In this document: one piece after another, positions 25,039 to 27,373 of the stretch | How positions within the stretch are numbered: the stretch's first letter is position 1 | Layout: each line of letters opens with the position of its first letter | Virus record (IMG/VR): IMGVR_UViG_3300016265_000701 | Span: 1 to 27,373 of that record | Length of the DNA stretch: 27,373 nt | Origin: a virus | Lineage: Duplodnaviria > Caudoviricetes | Direction: 5' to 3' (one strand) | Made by a program: the position numbers and the translations under genes | Notes under the pieces: generated by a model | Told to the model about the DNA's origin: nothing | The model's database searches: none | The model's input: the letters and a program-made list of their open reading frames with translations, nothing else

Positions 25039-25315
25039 GTTTGCCCGCCCTCCAGTCGCGCTCCCAGCGTCTGCAGTTCTCGTAGGGCATGCTAAGCGCA
25101 ATGCTAATCTTCCACGGGGTAAGGCCCTGCTCTCGTAGTTCAGCAAACTGCTGACGCCCCTCGCGGTTCTTCCGGTCATCTAGTGCCTGTCCTTTCGCCC
25201 ATTTCAGGAATGTGTTTTGAGGTATGCCGACGCTCAATGCGAACTGCCGGCGACTCAAGCCGGAAGTTTTCCACTGCTCAACCAGTTCAAGCTTCTGGGT
25301 TGGGGTAAGCCTCAC
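25028..25315 (-). CDS. Double HTH DNA-binding protein (95 aa)
   Basis: GTG 25315 (GTGA overlap); SGLSRRQFALSVGIPQNTFLKW and QGLTPWKISIALSMPYENCRRW. Confidence 0.75.
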   Translation of the reverse strand: MRLTPTQKLELVEQWKTSGLSRRQFALSVGIPQNTFLKWAKGQALDDRKNREGRQQFAELREQGLTPWKISIALSMPYENCRRWERDWRAGKLGI

Positions 25316-25524
25316 TTCTCGCCGAACCCCGCGCTTTCCCAAGCATCGGCACACGCCAACTTGTGCCCGAGGCACGCCGCCTTGGCCTCATTGGCCGAGT
25401 TGAACGTGCCCAAGTGGTCGGGGAATGAACCCGGCCGCAACATGCGGGCTATCCATCTAGGGCCTGACATCACGACGACATACGGAGGGCAGCGGAATGC
25501 GCCGGGTTCGGCTCGCCATTTCAT
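25312..25524 (-). CDS. Hypothetical protein (70 aa) with AP2-like HLGTFNSANEAKAAC
   Basis: ATG 25524 overlaps the methyltransferase stop (ATGA). Confidence 0.7.
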   Translation of the reverse strand: MKWRAEPGAFRCPPYVVVMSGPRWIARMLRPGSFPDHLGTFNSANEAKAACLGHKLACADAWESAGFGEK

Positions 25525-26333
25525 GCGGCGGCCCTCACGATTGCCCGCCCGATGATTTCCGCGATTTGCGGGACAATGGCATTTCCGAGGCATCTAAGGC
25601 GGTCCACCCTTCCGGAAAGCCCATCAGTCGCTCGGCAAAAGTCGGGTTCAACTTGCCACTGTCCGTTACTATCGCGGACAGGTAAAAGTGGGAAGTCCAG
25701 TGGGCGTGCGATGCCGTTCCTTTCGGCCCGCATCCTTTCCATTCCGCCGCGCGAATTGTTGGCAACAATGAACAGCCTGTCTCGCCGATGCTCTGCGCCA
25801 ACGGCAAGAGCTGGTAGTACGACCGGCGCGACTTCGTAACCTTCAGCTTCCAAGTCAACCGCGCATCGCTCAAGGGTTGACTCAATAGCCCCGCCAACAT
25901 TTTCGGCAACAACCCATTGCGGGCATAGTTCGCGGACGACCCGGATAAATTCCGGCCACATATCGCGCTCGTCGTCTGTTCCTCGTCGTTTTCCGGCCAC
26001 AGAGAAAGGCTGACAGGGAAATCCTCCGCAGATGACATCTGGCGCTCCGTATTCGTCTGTTAGTTGGTCGGTTCCGATGCAGGCGCATTCGCCAAATTCC
26101 TCATCACAACGAGGACACCATACGTTGCCGTCCTCGTTTTCTTCCTCGCAGTCATACAGACGCCTGGCGAGTTTCGTGATGTCTCCGAGGTTTGGAACAT
26201 CGGGCCAGTGTTTTTTAAGGACTGCGCTTGCATACGGATCTATCTCGCTTTGCCATATGATTTTCATCCCGGCCCGCTCTAAGCCGAGGTCAAACCCACC
26301 AATTCCCGAAAACAACGATCCAACGGTCAGCAT
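25521..26333 (-). CDS. C5-cytosine DNA methyltransferase, alpha polypeptide (motifs I-VIII and X; 270 aa)
   Basis: Start moved to ATG 26333. SLFSGIGG (I), GGFPCQPFS (IV), AENV (VI), HRRDRLFIVA (VIII), LGNAIVPQIAEIIG (X). No motif IX in this frame. Confidence 0.93.
   Translation of the reverse strand: MLTVGSLFSGIGGFDLGLERAGMKIIWQSEIDPYASAVLKKHWPDVPNLGDITKLARRLYDCEEENEDGNVWCPRCDEEFGECACIGTDQLTDEYGAPDVICGGFPCQPFSVAGKRRGTDDERDMWPEFIRVVRELCPQWVVAENVGGAIESTLERCAVDLEAEGYEVAPVVLPALAVGAEHRRDRLFIVANNSRGGMERMRAERNGIARPLDFPLLPVRDSNGQWQVEPDFCRATDGLSGRVDRLRCLGNAIVPQIAEIIGRAIVRAAA
25535..26038 (-). CDS. Nested +1-frame ORF: putative methyltransferase beta polypeptide carrying motif IX (167 aa)
   Basis: GGAG 7 nt before ATG 26038; GKLNPTFAERLMGFPEGWT matches the motif IX pattern; lies entirely within the alpha gene. 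Confidence 0.8.
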   Translation of the reverse strand: MSSAEDFPVSLSLWPENDEEQTTSAICGRNLSGSSANYARNGLLPKMLAGLLSQPLSDARLTWKLKVTKSRRSYYQLLPLAQSIGETGCSLLPTIRAAEWKGCGPKGTASHAHWTSHFYLSAIVTDSGKLNPTFAERLMGFPEGWTALDASEMPLSRKSRKSSGGQS

Positions 26334-26803
26334 GCGTCGTCCCCCATGGCTTGTCTGAAATCGGGCACCGCGAAATCCGGGCATTGCGGGGCTATCGAAA
26401 ACTCCAGCGTGCCCACCGTTCCATTCGCCCGCAGGGCCTGCATGCGTTTCAGTTCTTGTCGGTAGTGTTTCGCAATGGCCGACGTTTGCTTTCTCAGGCC
26501 CCTAGCCGGTTTGTTCGCCAGTTCCCTTAGCGCGTCCACCACGACTATTCCGCGCAGTCGCCACATGAGGTCGCTATGTTCATTCGGCCGACTGCCGACG
26601 TACTGGTGACAGCCGTAGCACAGGGCTACGCCGTTCAATGGGTGGAATCGGGTGCTCCAGTTGCCCCGGCCCATGTAGTGGCTACAGTGCAAGCCCTGCG
26701 GCTTGTGTTCGTAGTGCGTTCCGCACCGTTCGCAGAACCATTCGGCCCTTTCGCGGACACAACGGCTGAATGCCGAATCGGCCGGGGTGATAAGCAGACT
26801 CAT
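26327..26803 (-). CDS. NinG/Rap-like zinc-binding HNH recombination nuclease (158 aa)
   Basis: DSAFSRCVRER...CERCG...LHCSHYMGRGNWSTRFHPLNGVALCYGCH; start moved to ATG 26803 (ATGA overlap). Confidence 0.8.
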   Translation of the reverse strand: MSLLITPADSAFSRCVRERAEWFCERCGTHYEHKPQGLHCSHYMGRGNWSTRFHPLNGVALCYGCHQYVGSRPNEHSDLMWRLRGIVVVDALRELANKPARGLRKQTSAIAKHYRQELKRMQALRANGTVGTLEFSIAPQCPDFAVPDFRQAMGDDAC

Positions 26804-27126
26804 ACAATCCCCGCCCTGCGGTTGCTGTTCAGGGACCGCCATACCTCAATGACCAGAAGCGCCCGCTGCCTTTTCGCTTTGAGAATCTCCAGTTCGTAAT
26901 AGGCGGCCTCCAAGGCTTCCAGCGCAGCGCGTACCTCATGCGAAGTACCCGCCATTGCTTGGCGTTCAGCAACGCTACCCGCTGCTGCAAGAAACGCAGA
27001 CTCGCGCGCAATTTTCGCCCCCGCTTCCTTTGCCTCTCGCTTGGCGACAGCCTGCGCATACGCTTCCTCGCTTTCCGCTAGGTAGTTCAAGGCCCGCTCG
27101 ACCTGTTTTTCGTCTGGCAAGCTCAC
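26800..27126 (-). CDS. Helical coiled-coil phage protein (108 aa)
   Basis: GTG 27126 (GTGA overlap); ends IEVWRSLNSNRRAGIV. Confidence 0.75.
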   Translation of the reverse strand: MSLPDEKQVERALNYLAESEEAYAQAVAKREAKEAGAKIARESAFLAAAGSVAERQAMAGTSHEVRAALEALEAAYYELEILKAKRQRALLVIEVWRSLNSNRRAGIV

Positions 27127-27347
27127 TGATACCCCCGCACCTGATGCTCCCGCAGAAACGCCTCCACGACGCTCCTGTCGTGTTTCTTCGCCGCCGCCCT
27201 GCACCAACTTTGGAACGACGTTTCCCCGGCCTTGAGTGAGCGGAGAAATCTCAGCCACCGACCGACACAGCCGCGACAGGCCATGTCGTAACTACCGCCG
27301 GAACGTTGGCAGTCGGGGCAGTCGGGCTTTTCCTCGGGAGGAATCAC
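27123..27347 (-). CDS. Small CxxC...CxxC zinc-ribbon protein (74 aa)
   Basis: CPDC and CRGC; coupled to neighbours by 4-nt overlaps. Confidence 0.7.
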   Translation of the reverse strand: MIPPEEKPDCPDCQRSGGSYDMACRGCVGRWLRFLRSLKAGETSFQSWCRAAAKKHDRSVVEAFLREHQVRGYQ

Positions 27348-27373
27348 GCGGACACCCCCCTGAGGTAGTCGAT
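27344..27373 (-). CDS. 3' end of an upstream gene (…IDYLRGVSA*)
   Basis: In-frame TGA overlaps the GTG at 27347; only 10 codons visible. Confidence 0.45.
   Translation of the reverse strand: MDYLRGVSA

Noticed and set aside
25028-25315. IS66 TnpA-like or transposase HTH suggesting an insertion sequence
   Set aside because: No transposase, terminal inverted repeats or target duplication seen; the gene is translationally coupled within the phage operon.
1-27373. CRISPR array, tRNA, integrase/att site, diversity-generating retroelement
   Set aside because: None seen by eye: no spaced direct repeats, cloverleaf, recombinase or reverse transcriptase. A tool-based scan was not possible.

Overview
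GC-rich tailed-phage (or prophage) DNA, probably a short-tailed virus of a Proteobacterium, with nearly all genes on the minus strand. In transcription order (right to left): nin-like early genes (NinG-like nuclease, C5 DNA methyltransferase, HTH protein); a Q-like antiterminator with a pR'/tR'-like promoter and terminator; terS and terL; two accessory genes, one a CE4 polysaccharide deacetylase; portal; an accessory beta-rich cassette; scaffold; major capsid; putative decoration protein; adaptor; nozzle; GNAT-like protein; three ejection proteins; tail fibre; lysis genes; and a truncated ADP-ribosyltransferase-like gene running off the left edge. Main oddities read by hand: (1) the major capsid gene is split by a 760-nt group I intron (13752-14511) with a GIY-YIG endonuclease in P8; (2) an antisense HNH gene sits at the endolysin 3' end next to a recoded copy of the catalytic C-terminus, with a second copy stranded 638 nt away; (3) the methyltransferase locus is dual-coded, with motif IX in a nested +1-frame ORF (M.EcoHK31I-like alpha/beta split); (4) several probable genes are missing from the ORF track, including a 48-aa antisense membrane protein and the ART-like gene. 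Product calls come from motif recognition and gene order only; no searches were run.
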